Shown: positions 37,420 to 49,000 of the stretch, piece after piece
Layout of the letters: the number at the start of each line of letters is the position of its first letter
Position numbering within the stretch: position 1 is the stretch's first letter
NCBI RefSeq assembly: GCF_001194135.2
Contig: NC_068994.1
Coordinates: 6,567,731 to 6,631,730 of the forward strand
DNA length: 64,000 nt
Source of the DNA: Octopus bimaculoides
Taxonomy: Eukaryota
Direction of reading: 5' to 3'
The notes under the pieces: model-generated
The model's database searches: none
What the model saw: the letters and a program-made list of their open reading frames with translations, nothing else
What the model was told of the DNA's origin: nothing
Translations under genes and position numbers: made by a program

Positions 37420-37975
37420 TCATCATCACCATGAAGAGATTATGGTTGCTCAACCGGCTGCATTTCCCTGCAATCACATTCTACTGTCTTGGAAAAAAAT
37501 AACGTTATTTGAATAAATGGGATGGTCACAGCTTGAGAGCCTTTTTGATCTGTCTCTTTCATCATTAAGCAGCATTGTCATCATGATTATCCTTGCATTG
37601 CTATAAGGCGAAAGATATCGATAGTCGTTGGCACGACGGGCAAAAACGCCTCGTGGCATTTCATCTGTCTGTATGTTCCAAGTTCAAATTCTGTCGAGGT
37701 CAACTTTGCCTTTCATCCTTTCGGGGTTGATAAAAAAAAAGTACCTGTTGCCCTTGTGGCAAAATTTGATACCATTATTATTATTACATGGGTATCCCTT
37801 CTCAGTTGAGACCGTTACTGGTGGTGATAGTAGAGATATATCTGTTGTGCATCCAGAATTCGCATCTCTGAGTAGTTTGTATTGCACCTCAATACCTTGC
37901 ATTTCCAGAGATTTCAACACTGCATTCGTCTTGATGCTATCAGGAGCTTTTTCATAGTCAACTGAATGATACACA
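37420..37975 (-). mobile_element. RTE-like LINE reverse-transcriptase relic interrupted by a SINE (37620-37760)
   Basis: VDYEKAPDSIKTNAVLKSLEMQGIE...GCTTDISL...KG resembles the DYEKAFDS RT motif. DHPIYSNNVIFF aligns loosely to the [FY]ADD box. Confidence 0.7.
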
Positions 37976-38229
37976 CAAGAAGCTTGTATTCATTCATTCA
38001 TTTATTCGTTCTATAAGCTCTGTTATAGTGAATATGTGATCTATCATACTATAGTTCTTAAGGAAACCTGCTTGGTCTATTGGTTGTTGAGGTGTTTTTA
38101 TAGTCTGGTGACTATGATTTTTGTAAACAGGCTCCCTTCTAAATCTAAATGGGATAATTTATTTTGCTTCTAAATTCAAAGCGCCTATTATGTATTGGCC
38201 CTAGACTTTAGCTGTCTGCTATTTGTATT

Positions 38230-38760
38230 GGAAAGCATGGTCTTTTATTTGGTAAGACCAGATGTATTCAGGTTGAATTGGTAAAAGTTCTTCTGTAAGA
38301 TGGACTTGAATATGAAAATGACTGCAGGAGAATGGTCTTTGTTTTTATCTCAAGTGATCTGCCCTTGGGCAGGTCCTGTTCATATGAAGCTTCTCCAGCA
38401 TTCTCAACACAACTTGTGCTGTCCTTCATTGAGTGGTATAACTTCCTCTGCCGAATATCATCCATCACTGTTGCCCTCTTTCTCCTTCCCGATGTGCTCT
38501 CATGTATTCCCCACCACCTTCACTGTGCACAGAACCCCACTCTGGCTCGTAATACGTCCTGTCCATATTGCTTTGCTTCTCTCCAACTCTCCAAAGCATC
38601 TCTTCATTGCTGGCATGGTCTCTCCAGCAGATCTTCTCCATTCGTTTCCAGAACCACATTTCACAGGTCTTCAGTCTCTAAGCACCAACCTCCTTGGTGG
38701 TCCATACCTCTGAGCCATCGAGGATCACTCTAGGATTTTCATCAGCTTCTTCTTTAGGTC
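38230..38760 (-). mobile_element. LINE (RTE/L2-like) ORF2 C-terminal relic
   Basis: GSEVWT...CEMWFWKRMEKICWRDHASNEEMLWRVG ... MMDDI matches the typical YGSETW...EMWxWRRMLxISWxD...NEEVL tail. Confidence 0.8.
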
Positions 38761-38899
38761 ACTTTTCTGGCCTTTGGATGGTAGTAATTGCTGGTTGTGT
38801 AATATTAAAGGGTCTCTAGAGCCACAAAAATGAAGCATTTTTGAGGAAGAATTTTTCTGGGTGATGAGGTGAACAAAAACCTCAACTTCTCTGAAAGTA

Positions 38900-39175
38900 T
38901 TGTAATGTGTTTGGATGGAGTCCTTTAAGCTTATATAGGTTGGTCAAGGTATGAAAGGTTCAAGTTTAAAGACAAGGCAGAGTCCAGTACAATATGGTAG
39001 TCCTTGTGCAGTTACTTCAGTGTCAATTCCCAGTATGTATCCAGCGGTACGTTATATAGGTTGCCAATCTTGTCTGCATGGACGAGTATTCCTGGATATT
39101 TTCAAAGTTTACTGATTAGGTCACTGATTTTTGACAGGTGAAGCTCAAGAGCTCTTTTCAAGGTGTTCATAAATT
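38900..39175 (-). mobile_element. Penelope-like element relic (segment N-terminal to the RT core)
   Basis: FMNTLK...ILVHADKIGNLYNVPLDTY with stops resembles the ADKTxNLY motif of PLE ORFs (recalled). Confidence 0.55.
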
Positions 39176-39799
39176 ATATTTGCAATTTAAAAAATTCATT
39201 TTCATTAAAAGTCAGAGATAATAATATAAACACCATTTAAAGACGAAAAACAAAAGTGATTTAAATATTAAAACTTTAATAATATTTATTTAACATGCTA
39301 AGAAGTTAATTGATCGATGCAATAAACTGGAAGTTGTAAAGAGAATTTATGAATGCCCTGTTTTAAAGATACTACCTTAATACCTACCCTAAAGATAGGG
39401 GAAATTAAATTTGAGCAGAAATCTGTTTTACTCCTTAATTGAATATTCAAATGACATAAGCCATGTTAACAATGATTAAAATATTAAAAATAACCTGAGT
39501 TATTTTTAATGTGATCATGTTTTTTTTTATATCAGCATTGCATTGTATGATGAGATATATGAAAAAAAAGCTATATGAGAAAATATTATTCAATTCTATG
39601 TCTAAGATGAGGAATTTTTATATTATGTATTAGGCGCAGGAGTGGCTGTGTGGTAAATAGCTTGCTTACCAACCACATGGTTCCGGGTTCAGTCTCGCTG
39701 CGTGGCACCTTGGGCAAGAAATCTATATTCTTCTTCCGGTTGGCGTTGGAGGAGCTTGGCTTTTCTTTTGCTTCCAACCTCTAATATTGTGAAACAAAT

Positions 39800-40013
39800 G
39801 CGGTGATTTCGACATCAGTGACAATGCGTTATCATCTAAACTAGATGAAATTTCTGCTCTTAATGACCATGCAGAAGTTTGTGAATTAGTGGCTAGTGAT
39901 TTCAATTGTGTTTTTGCTTTGTAAACTTTTGGTTTTGAAGGATGAGAAGGATGGCAATGCTTGCCAAATGTTTTACATAGAGATAAATTATCATTTTCCA
40001 GCACAGTATGCAC
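39800..40013 (-). mobile_element. Possible Penelope-like GIY-YIG C-terminal relic
   Basis: KTFGKHCHPSHPSKPKVYKAKTQL...AWSLRA loosely resembles TFKxRYNNHxxSF...YxNSTEL...WSI. Weak. Confidence 0.3.
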
Positions 40014-40442
40014 TCTTTACATTCACTTTTACATTTCCAATGTGTTTTTTCACCGTATTTTCTTTCTATCCTATAAGCAAAGTTAAGATCATCAACTAAT
40101 TTCACCCTGTTTCTGCTAGTTCCCATTGTAATGAGTTGGCTACACAATAAATATTATCAAATAAATAAAGAAATTACCTTGCCCCTTATTATTGGTTTCT
40201 TTAATAATATGATAGGTCGGTTGAAACACTTGTATACCAAGGCAGCAACTCCTCTTTTTTTTTGCGGTGAAATTGTCTTGTGGCAAACTTTCTTACAGCC
40301 AAAAATCCTGAGGTGAATTTTCCTGTGGCAAACTTTCTAGATACGGTAAAAAAGAGGGGAAGATGTTTAGAATGTCTTGGTCATAGATTCCTTCACACAT
40401 CTGATGCAGATTTTGCTATGATTCATTAACAATAATCAAACA

Positions 40443-41500
40443 TTATTTAGTTCCATGGTTGTTGATTTCATGACACCTGCCATCAATATCCAAGACGACC
40501 AGCCTACCTTCTGGGTCTAGAAATATTGCTCTTACTTTGAGGTCCAGACTCTTCTGAAAAAGCACCTTGGTACGACCTCCACCCATTCTCGGCAGACACA
40601 GAGAAAAATAAATGTCAAATTCTCTGCCGCTGAACATGTGCTGGAAGGCCTGCGGGTTGCAGAGTCTGGTCTCACTGATGGCTATGATATGCACATTCTG
40701 TGACTTGATGTTATTTAATAGGTATCCCTGTTTCCAAGGCGACCCCAAGCCATGCATATTTATATAACCGATTCTGAGCATGTTCCTATCATAAGTTGTG
40801 CTTTACACACAAAGGGAAGACGAGAGAGAGAGAGAGAGTCACTTACTGTTCAAAAGTTGCTTATCCTTCACCTCACAGTGTTCTCTCAAAAGGTTTTTGT
40901 TTAATTTTTTTGAAATCTCCCTACTGCATCTGGGTAGAGAGACTTCAGGGTGTTTTGTGTCACATGTATGATTTTTATGTGTTGTGGTGGTGTTGTGCAA
41001 AGGTAGCAACATGGCGTTCTGCCTTCAATGGCCACGTGTATGGTTGTGCCATCTGGAAGTTGAATCAGATCTGGGAGATTTTCTATTGTTTCCAGATTTG
41101 CTTGAATTAATAAATCCAACTCTTGTCCAATCCCATTTTGCTGTCCCAGGACGGCAATTTCTAGAATGTTGATTTGATCTCCAAAATCATAACAGATGGC
41201 TGACACCAGCCGCCTTATTCCTATTTCAGGGGGCACGTCTTTAGTTTTTACCTTTGTCACCCAACAACCAAAGTAAGTGGGAATCATTATAAATTCCTCA
41301 CATTCCAGGCTTTTTGTTGCATGTTCCTTTGTACGTTCTTCCATATCAAACCATACCTCTACAGTGGTAAATCTTTTGCCCCTTGTAATGCATGTTTTAA
41401 AAGCCCATGTGGGATGTAGACATTTCTCAACTGATTCTTTAGTTGCCTGTTCTATCTTTTATTTTTTGTGATCAGAGTTTTGTAAATAATGGGTTTTTTG
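40443..41500 (-). mobile_element. Tx1/L1-like LINE 5' part: ORF1 (gag-like, 41500-40900) plus the N-terminus of the APE endonuclease (40781-40443)
   Basis: ORF1: KTCITRGKRF...IPTYFG...KDVPPEI...VAIEGRTPCCYLC with a decayed zinc knuckle. ORF2: LRIGYINMHGL...IIAISETRL...DPEGRLVVLD, which contains the APE motifs N-x-x-G and [QS]ET. Confidence 0.85.
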
Positions 41501-41535
41501 GAAACGTCTTGCAAAATGCTTTCTGAAGGACAGAA

Positions 41536-42395
41536 GCAACAATGATAGAATTGTATTTGGTGTCTTGGCTCCTGTTTCTATAACTTGTACGTTTGCTACA
41601 GATGTTGCCATGATTTCTATGAATTCTGTCATAGATTGAACAGCAATAATAGAATCGTATTTAATATCTTTGTCTTCGATTTTCTACATCTGCATATGCT
41701 GCAAATGTTACATTGGTTTCTATGAATTCTATCATAGAATGAACAACAATAATAGAATGGTATTTAGTATCTTGGTTGTTGGTTTTTCACATCTGCATAT
41801 GCTACAAATGTTACGTTGGTTTCTATGAGTTCTATCATAGAATGAACAGCAATAATAGAATTGTATTTAATATCTTTGTCTTTGATTTTCTACATCTGCA
41901 TATGCTGCAAATGTTACGTTGATTTCTATGAATTCTATCATAGAGTGAACAGCAATAATAGAATCGCATTTAGTATCTTGGTTCAGAAATGGTGTAATCC
42001 TAGTGAGTAGGAGCAGTAATCCAACAGGAACAGTAATCCGAAGGCACAAGAATTCCAGGAATTGGGTACTCCTAGTTCAGGATCCATGTGAGCATGCGTT
42101 ATATAGTGAGTTCAAACAAGAAAAACGACAAAAAAAAACAACAACGCGAGGATGTGATACAGATCTGGCGTTACTGGACGCTCAGGAAAGGAAAGAAAGA
42201 GAATTTGACGTTTCGAGCGGAGCTCTTCGTCGGATATTTAGGAAAGTCCAAAAAAGGGAAAACAGAAAAAGAAAAAATCACCAACGATATACACAAGGTT
42301 GGTTTTTGACAGGAGCATATGCTACAAATGTTATGTTGGTTCCTATGAGTTCTATCATAGAGTGAACAACAATAATAGAATCGGATTTAGTATCT
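41536..42395. repeat. 103-bp tandem array (~5.5 units) interrupted by a ~315-bp insertion (41983-42297)
   Basis: The anchor CAATRATAGAAT recurs at 41540, 41644, 41747, 41850, 41953 and 42370. The unit sequence resumes exactly after the insertion. Confidence 0.88.
42199..42240 (-). ncRNA. Degenerate minimal hammerhead-like motif
   Basis: Minus strand reads AAAUAU CCGACGA A GAGC-UCC-GCUC GAAAC GUC AAAUU. Core U4 is mutated to C and stem I has a mismatch. Confidence 0.4.
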
Positions 42396-42419
42396 CAGCT
42401 GCTGAGTTTTTGACACACA

Positions 42420-42753
42420 TGCATATGGTACAAATGTTACCACCACCTCCGCCCATTCTCGGCAGACACTGAGAAAAATAAATATCGAGTTCTCTGCCGA
42501 ACATGTGCTGGAGGCTCCGCGGGTTGTGGAGTCTGGTCTCACTGAGGGCTATGATATGCTCATTCTTTGACTTGATGTCATTTAACAGGTAGCCTTGTTT
42601 CCAAGGCAACCTCAAGCCATGCATATTTATACAACCGATTCTCAGCATGTTCCGATCAAAAGTTGTGCTTTACACACGAAAGGAAAAGAAAGAGAGGGAG
42701 CGAGAGAGAGAGAGAGAGAGACACTTACTGTTCGAAAGTTGCTTATCCTTCAC
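42420..42753 (-). mobile_element. Second copy of the Tx1-like inter-ORF spacer plus endonuclease N-terminus
   Basis: MLRIGCINMHGLRLPWKQGYLLNDIKS...ALSETRL and the (GA)n-CACTTACTGTT spacer repeat 40590-40870. Confidence 0.85.
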
Positions 42754-42754
42754 C

Positions 42755-43370
42755 TCTAGGTCTAGGGTCACATCAAGGAAATCCACCGTTTTCAGGATGG
42801 TCTCTATAGTGACCTTCAGTCCGAAGGAGTTCATGGTGCCTGTGAAGTCCTTTTTGAGCCCATCTAACGCGAGGCCATTACCCTCTCTTGATATTGCCAG
42901 CATGTCATCCCTGTAAAGGCCAAAACTAGTTGAAAGGAATTTTTTTTTTTTAGTATATCTAGGGTAAAGAGACCCACTAGGGCACATACATCTGCACTGT
43001 CAAAAGCACCCGTTGCCACATTGAAGGAGCGTTCTGGGTCAGTGTGTTTGGTCCAAGCAGACCCCTTACTGAAGAGTAGGGTTCTTATGGTGCATATGTC
43101 CTCATTGTTGACATTAGTATGGGCCCTATTGAAGTTGAGTGCCTTTAACAGGAGCTCCCTTGATATGAATGGTTAGAAGTCCACTACATCAAATTGGGCA
43201 AACCTAGCCCTACCCTTCTTGCTGTTGGCCTTAAACCATGTAATGGCTTTGTTGATGTTGCGCCAAACGGCGAGGTCAGAGACGTTTCTAACGCCATTAC
43301 TGATCTTCCTGACAAACCATTTGCTCACCTGTTCGATCTCAAGCTTTGCTGGGTCTCTCAGCCAGTGTTC
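42755..43370 (-). mobile_element. Penelope-like reverse-transcriptase core relic
   Basis: VWRNINKAITWFK...FAQFDVVDF*P...LLFSKGSAWTK...FNVATGAFDSADVC ... GLYRDD ... LKVTIETILKTVDFLDVTLDL, all characteristic PLE RT motifs. Confidence 0.88.
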
Positions 43371-43529
43371 TTTTTATTGATGGAATCAAAACATTGAAGG
43401 AAACAGTTCTTGAACTATTTTCACAGAGTTAATTCAAAACTATGCCTAAAACTCACAAATTTTAGGCATATTTTCAGAATAAGCACATCATCATAACCCT
43501 TCTTCAATAGTTTCTTTGCCCCCCCCCCC

Positions 43530-43720
43530 CCACTTCAGCCAAGTAGATTGGTATGAGAATCAGTTTGTCACTCCTTAATTTTGTTATAAGGTGCTTCCTG
43601 ACTTCCTCCTCAATCAGGAATGTTACATTTATCATATTGAATCATTTTCCTCTTGTGACACATGTTTTGGTATCCAAGATTGGCACTGGACAATTTTCAC
43701 TAAAACTAGTAAAATATTCT
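43530..43720 (-). mobile_element. Diverged second Tx1-like ORF1 fragment
   Basis: KTCVTRGK*FNMINVTF...LILIPIYL aligns with KTCITRGKRFTTVEVWF...FIMIPTYF at 41400-41280. Confidence 0.65.
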
Positions 43721-44019
43721 TTTTTTTTTATTTCTGAACGTTTCCCTAAACCACAATAATTTGTAAGACTGAAACAAATGTGGAATTCATTTATTTAAGT
43801 CTCCTACTCACCGATTTGAGACAAAGTTTTTCAAGCCATGAATAAAACCTTGTGAACCAACAAACTTTCACACACACATACACAAACAGGGGTCAACAAT
43901 AATAGGTATACAGTTGCTTAAAATGAGCAATATATTCTTTTTATTTTTTTATTTCTCTCTGAACTGCAATAATTTGTAAGACTGAAACAAGTGTGGAATG
44001 CATTTTTACAGAAGTAAAA

Positions 44020-44520
44020 AAGGCATAATTCAGTACCTACCATGTCTTGGAAAGGGAAAGTCGATGTGCCTTGTATGGTTCCAGTGTAATGAAACATTTG
44101 CTCAATGGATCGGGTGAGGAATGATTTTCCACTGTTTGCTACACCTTCTAATACAAGCATATTTGTTTTGGGATGGTTTTCGTTTAATACATCTCATACA
44201 TCCTGTACAAATTGTTGAGGACCATTTTGCTGTATATTTTTCATGAAAGAGTTAGTTATAGTAATCTTTGGTTTGATATGCCGTCCAGCCCATTTTGAGG
44301 AATTTTTTCTTAAAATCTATGTCTAATGTTTTTAATTTCAAGATTTCTGCAACTTTTTTAATCATTGTCTCATATTGCAGATGAGATAAATCTATCCTGA
44401 AGTTTTGAGCATTTGGTTTGTTACACCAATCATCTTTAAACTCAGTTTCATTTCTGTACTTGTTTTCAGAATTCAGAAAACTCAAGTAATTGAATAGACT
44501 CCTGTGTATTTCTCTTACAT
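44020..44520 (-). pseudogene. Endogenous parvoviral element, NS1/Rep SF3 helicase relic
   Basis: FVQDV*DVLNENHPKTNMLVLEGVANSGKSFLTRSI...GTSTFPFQDMVGTELCLF. Walker A at 44145-44122, preceded by PKxN, followed by FPFQD (44058-44044) and truncated at Walker B. One TGA at 44196-44194 and a frameshift near 44280. Confidence 0.8.
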
Positions 44521-45869
44521 TGACAAATGTTGGTTCTGTTTATTTTTCTGCATGTATTTTTCTCGATGATCCTGTGTAGTGTGTAGTTTTTGGTATGTAT
44601 TCTTCTGTGCACCAGTAACTGAATGTTTTGTTGGCCCCTTTTTCACTGCTGAGTAGTAGTTGTCTTGGTTATATTCTTTATTTGGCACACAGGCCATGGC
44701 ACAGAGGGGGACAGCACAAAGACAGACAGAACACCACAGTGGGGACAAAAAACATAAAACGAATGAATGAGAGATGGATAATAATTAAATGAGGATGTAA
44801 TAGCTACTTGAACCCCACTCTCAAGCAGTACCATTTAACTGTTTAAATACAAAGTTTTTATATCATTTCTTCTACCTCCCCCTACACATACACTTTTTTT
44901 TTTCTTTTTAGTATCATATATGTAGTCTTCAAAAATTCTAAAAGCTTACTCATGCTTTACCATTTTATATATGGCAACAAGTTGTCGTAATCTATAACTG
45001 ACGGTAGGTCGTCAAACTTTACCCTCACTCCCATTGGATCCATCTTGTTTCTAAACCATTCCTTTAATTTTTTGTACCTCTCTTTGACTACTACTATGGC
45101 TTTTGTACTTTATGGGTAATTTAACTCTTATCACCGATTTAAATTTGGTGATTTTCTTTTCTATATCTGCAGCAACTAATGTGAGATTGCAGACCTGGCA
45201 ACTAATGTGAGATCGCAGCCATGGCCGATGCCAGTGTTGCATGTCCGGCCCATTAAAAAGTACCCTTGATGCATTGGGTGATATGATATTCTTGAGAAGA
45301 CCTATTGAGTCAAGTAAAACTAAGATAGTAGCTGTGGCCAGTGCCCCTTGAACGGCTCCCATGCCAGTGGCATGTAAAAAGTACCATCCGAGCGTGGTTG
45401 ATGCCAGGTCTGCCTGACTAGCTCCCATGCCGGTGGCACATAAAAGTCACCCACTACACTCTCCGAATGGTTGGCGTTAGGGAGGGCCTCCAACTGTAGG
45501 AACCTTGCGAGATCAGATTGGAGCCTGGTGCAGCTGCTGGCTTTCCAGACCTCAGTCAAACCATCCAACCCATGCCAGCATTTAAAACGTGTGTTAAACG
45601 ATGATGATGATGGTCTGTAGAGATAACCTTAACAAATGATGTAAAAAGCACACTGCTAATGCAGTAGAACGTGGTATTGACTTATAAAAATGTTTAATAT
45701 ACTTTATACTATACAAGGTACAGCAGAAGTAATGTCCTTTTTGCATTTGATAACTTTTATAGTATAAAAATTCTTAATATTATGGAGATGTACTTGCATA
45801 GCAAGTGACTTGATCTGAGATCGTGTGCTGGAACGAAAACAATTGCAGCATGGAAGGTGTTTATAAGCC

Positions 45870-46075
45870 ATTTAAGAAACACACAAAAACCGTTAGATTC
45901 ACTTCAACATTTAAATTTAATTTGTCAATATATTTTCGTCGCTTTGAGACCGCGACCTGCTGCAGCACGGAATTTTGTCAGTGAACAGGTCGCGGTCTCA
46001 AAGCGACGAAAATATTTTGGCAAATTAAATTTAAATGTTGAAGTGAATCTAACGGTTTTTGTGTGTTTCTTAAAT
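45870..46075. other. Long hairpin / foldback MITE-like element, 90-bp arms, 26-bp loop
   Basis: 45870-45959 matches the reverse complement of 45986-46075 at 88/90 positions. Confidence 0.92.
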
Positions 46076-49000
46076 TTTTGATAATTAATCTTTTATTGAA
46101 CACAAATTTATTGCATTACTTAAAGAAACGAATAATGAACTAATGAAAAAATCTTAGAAGTTTTAGGAAATTTATTAAGTATTGTTTCACAACCTGATTC
46201 AAATACAAAGGGGCATTATTTCCTCTGCACCCTGTTTTATGGTTGCATAACAAAATACCATGTACCTTACAAGTCATTAGTATTATGGGAAGTATCCTGC
46301 TTGATCAGTTTGTAAATACAGTGATAAAATGTAAAAAAAAATCTAATTATTGTTACCTTGTTGGCATTTATTATGGAAAAATTAAAAATGTTACAAATGC
46401 TATTATTGTTTTTGTTGTTTATTTGTTTCGGTTTTAAAATTTCTTTTTGTGTTTTATGTTAGTGTTGCAGAAAAGTTTTTCTTGAGACAACTTTTGGTTC
46501 CATGAAACTAAGCCTTTTGTTTTTTGTTTTATTATTATTAAAGTGTTTTTATTTAAATTAAAAACCCTCTCTCGTAATCTTTTGTGTAAGAACCATTTGT
46601 TAAGTTTTGTTACAAACATTAACTTTATACTTATTTCATCGACCCCAAAAGGATGAAAGACAAAGTCGACCTCAGCTGAATTTGATCTTAGAATGTAAAG
46701 ACAAACAAAATGCTATAAATGATTCTGCCAGCTCGCTGCCTTAATAATAATAATAATAAAAAAGTCTTTTCCTAAATTCCTCTAAATTCTTCATTACTTT
46801 CAAAATTAATCAAAGCATATCAATTATATTAATATGCTAACTTTTTGTTTTTTTATGTACATAACTGTGGTGTGTGTCACACTTACTTCAAAGGAAGAGG
46901 TAAAAAGGTTGAAGGGAGAGGTACAAAGAAAAAGAGAAATAAATGGTGTTAAGCAGAGGAGGTGTAGTTGAAGTGAGTGGCAAAGCGGGAGGGGGGGAAG
47001 GACAGAGAAGAAGCGAGAGAGAGACAGTGAATGGTGACCGAAAGAAAGGAAGGTGTCGTTCCTTTTTACACTGTGTATTTGAAAAGAAAAATGGTAAGTA
47101 AAGAGTTTAGCAGCTGCAAGTGAGACACATTTCACCATGCTGTCGCTTGTCTCCCCACCCCCATTAGCTTTTGGTAGCTTTTTCAGTTTCATGTTGAGCT
47201 TCACAGAGGCGATGACAAGTGACCAAGGCCATGACGATATGTTGTGCTTCAGAAGACTCGTAAAGCCAAGTGAAACTGTAATCATGGCCATTGTGGGTGT
47301 CATGTATATGTCACCTGTGAAATCGTAGCTGTGGCTATTACTGGTGTCGTGTAAATGGCACTCTTGCAGGTGGCACGTAAAAAGCAGCCATTACACTCTC
47401 GGAGTGGTTGGTGTTAGGAAGGGCATTCAGTTGTAGAAACCAGTCCAAATCAGACTGGAACCTGGTGCCACTCTTCAGCTTACCAGTTCCATGTATGTGT
47501 GTATGTGATAGTTTTTGATTAGCAGCGTCGATTTTTACAATTCTGTAAATAATAATAACAGTATTTTATAAGCTATCACCGTGCAATGACTAAAGAAAAT
47601 AGTCTAATAATGGGGCATATAAGCCCTCAACGGAAAAAAAGTAGGTTTTCCTGTCTGTGCATACAAGAATAGATTAAGCAGTGCAGGGGTGTACATGAAG
47701 ACGGAAAAGTGTCTCTGAAGAGCTCACAGATGTGTGATGAAAGATTTTCAGGCAATGGACATGAGTTAAAATGAGAGCAGTAATAAACGAGGGGAGAACG
47801 AATATATAGTGCATGTGTATATTTGGTAAAGATAAAAAAATGACCATCCCAAAATATAACACGTTTCAACACACGGTTTCAGAACAGGAATCTGGCAACA
47901 CAAATTCGTGAACGTGTATACATGTACATATATGTCGTCGTCATCATCATCATCATCATCATCATCGTCATGGTCGTCGTATAACGTATCCCTTCCATGC
48001 TGGCATGGGTTAGACAGTTTGACAGGAGATAGATAGACAGAGAGGTATACTTTTATCTCTACTAGTTTCAGTTATTGGTCTGTGGTCATGCTGGAGCACC
48101 ACATTCAACAGTTAAATTGAAAACGGTGTATGTGCGTGTGTGTGTGTGTGTGTATATATATATGTGTGTGAATATATAAATTATATATGTGTATGTATAT
48201 GCATGCGTGTGTGTATTTGTTCACACACAGACATAACTTGTTAAAACAAAAAGAAAAAAACGCAATTTCAAATGCAAGCTTACGCATGTATACGAATATC
48301 CATATATACCGTTCTATGCCAGACATTTGAACGCATGGAGACAAACTGGTAGTTCACCGGTTTATAGATCTCGAATTACCGCCAACGTTGCTGTTGTCTG
48401 ATCGTAGCATTTTGCTCAGTCGGAGTCCAACAACCAAAACAAATGTTCCAGCTATGCTGCTTGCCGTTCTGCAGCAGATGCATTGACAGAGAGGACGGGC
48501 GGTGGCGTGTCTATCCCAGCTAAGCTGATCTTGCCCTGTAGAATAATATTATCCTCCTCATCCGAACTTTAGATGGTAAGATACATATATATATATATTA
48601 TATCTAAATGTGTGCGTATATATATTTATCTGTGTGTGTATATAAATTTTGTTTGGTGTTTGTGCGTATAGTGTCTGTACTGATACATGTATGTATTTAT
48701 GCTTATATATAAATATATGTGTGTCAATGTATATATTTATATACGTAAGTTGTCTAAAAGCCCATAAGTCAAGGAAAAGATTGCATTCGTATATCTGTCA
48801 ATAAAGTGGGTATATATAATACGACACTTCGGATATATATATATATATGTGTGTGTTGAATTTCAAAAGAAAAATATCTCTATTTATCTGTCAGTCTATC
48901 TGTCTGTCTATCTCTGTTTGTTTGTTAGTATATCTATCAGTCTATTTATCTGTCTTTCTTTCTTACTCTTGTCTTTTCTTTCTTTCTTTATTTATTTATG

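Noticed and set aside
41610-41935. STAT/GAS-like TTCTATGAA in three array monomers
   Set aside because: An AT-rich 9-mer is expected by chance, and it is lost in two monomers.
34310-44520. Functional link between SLF2 (SMC5/6 restricts extrachromosomal viral DNA) and the nearby parvoviral relic
   Set aside because: Proximity is the only evidence; no sequence feature links them.
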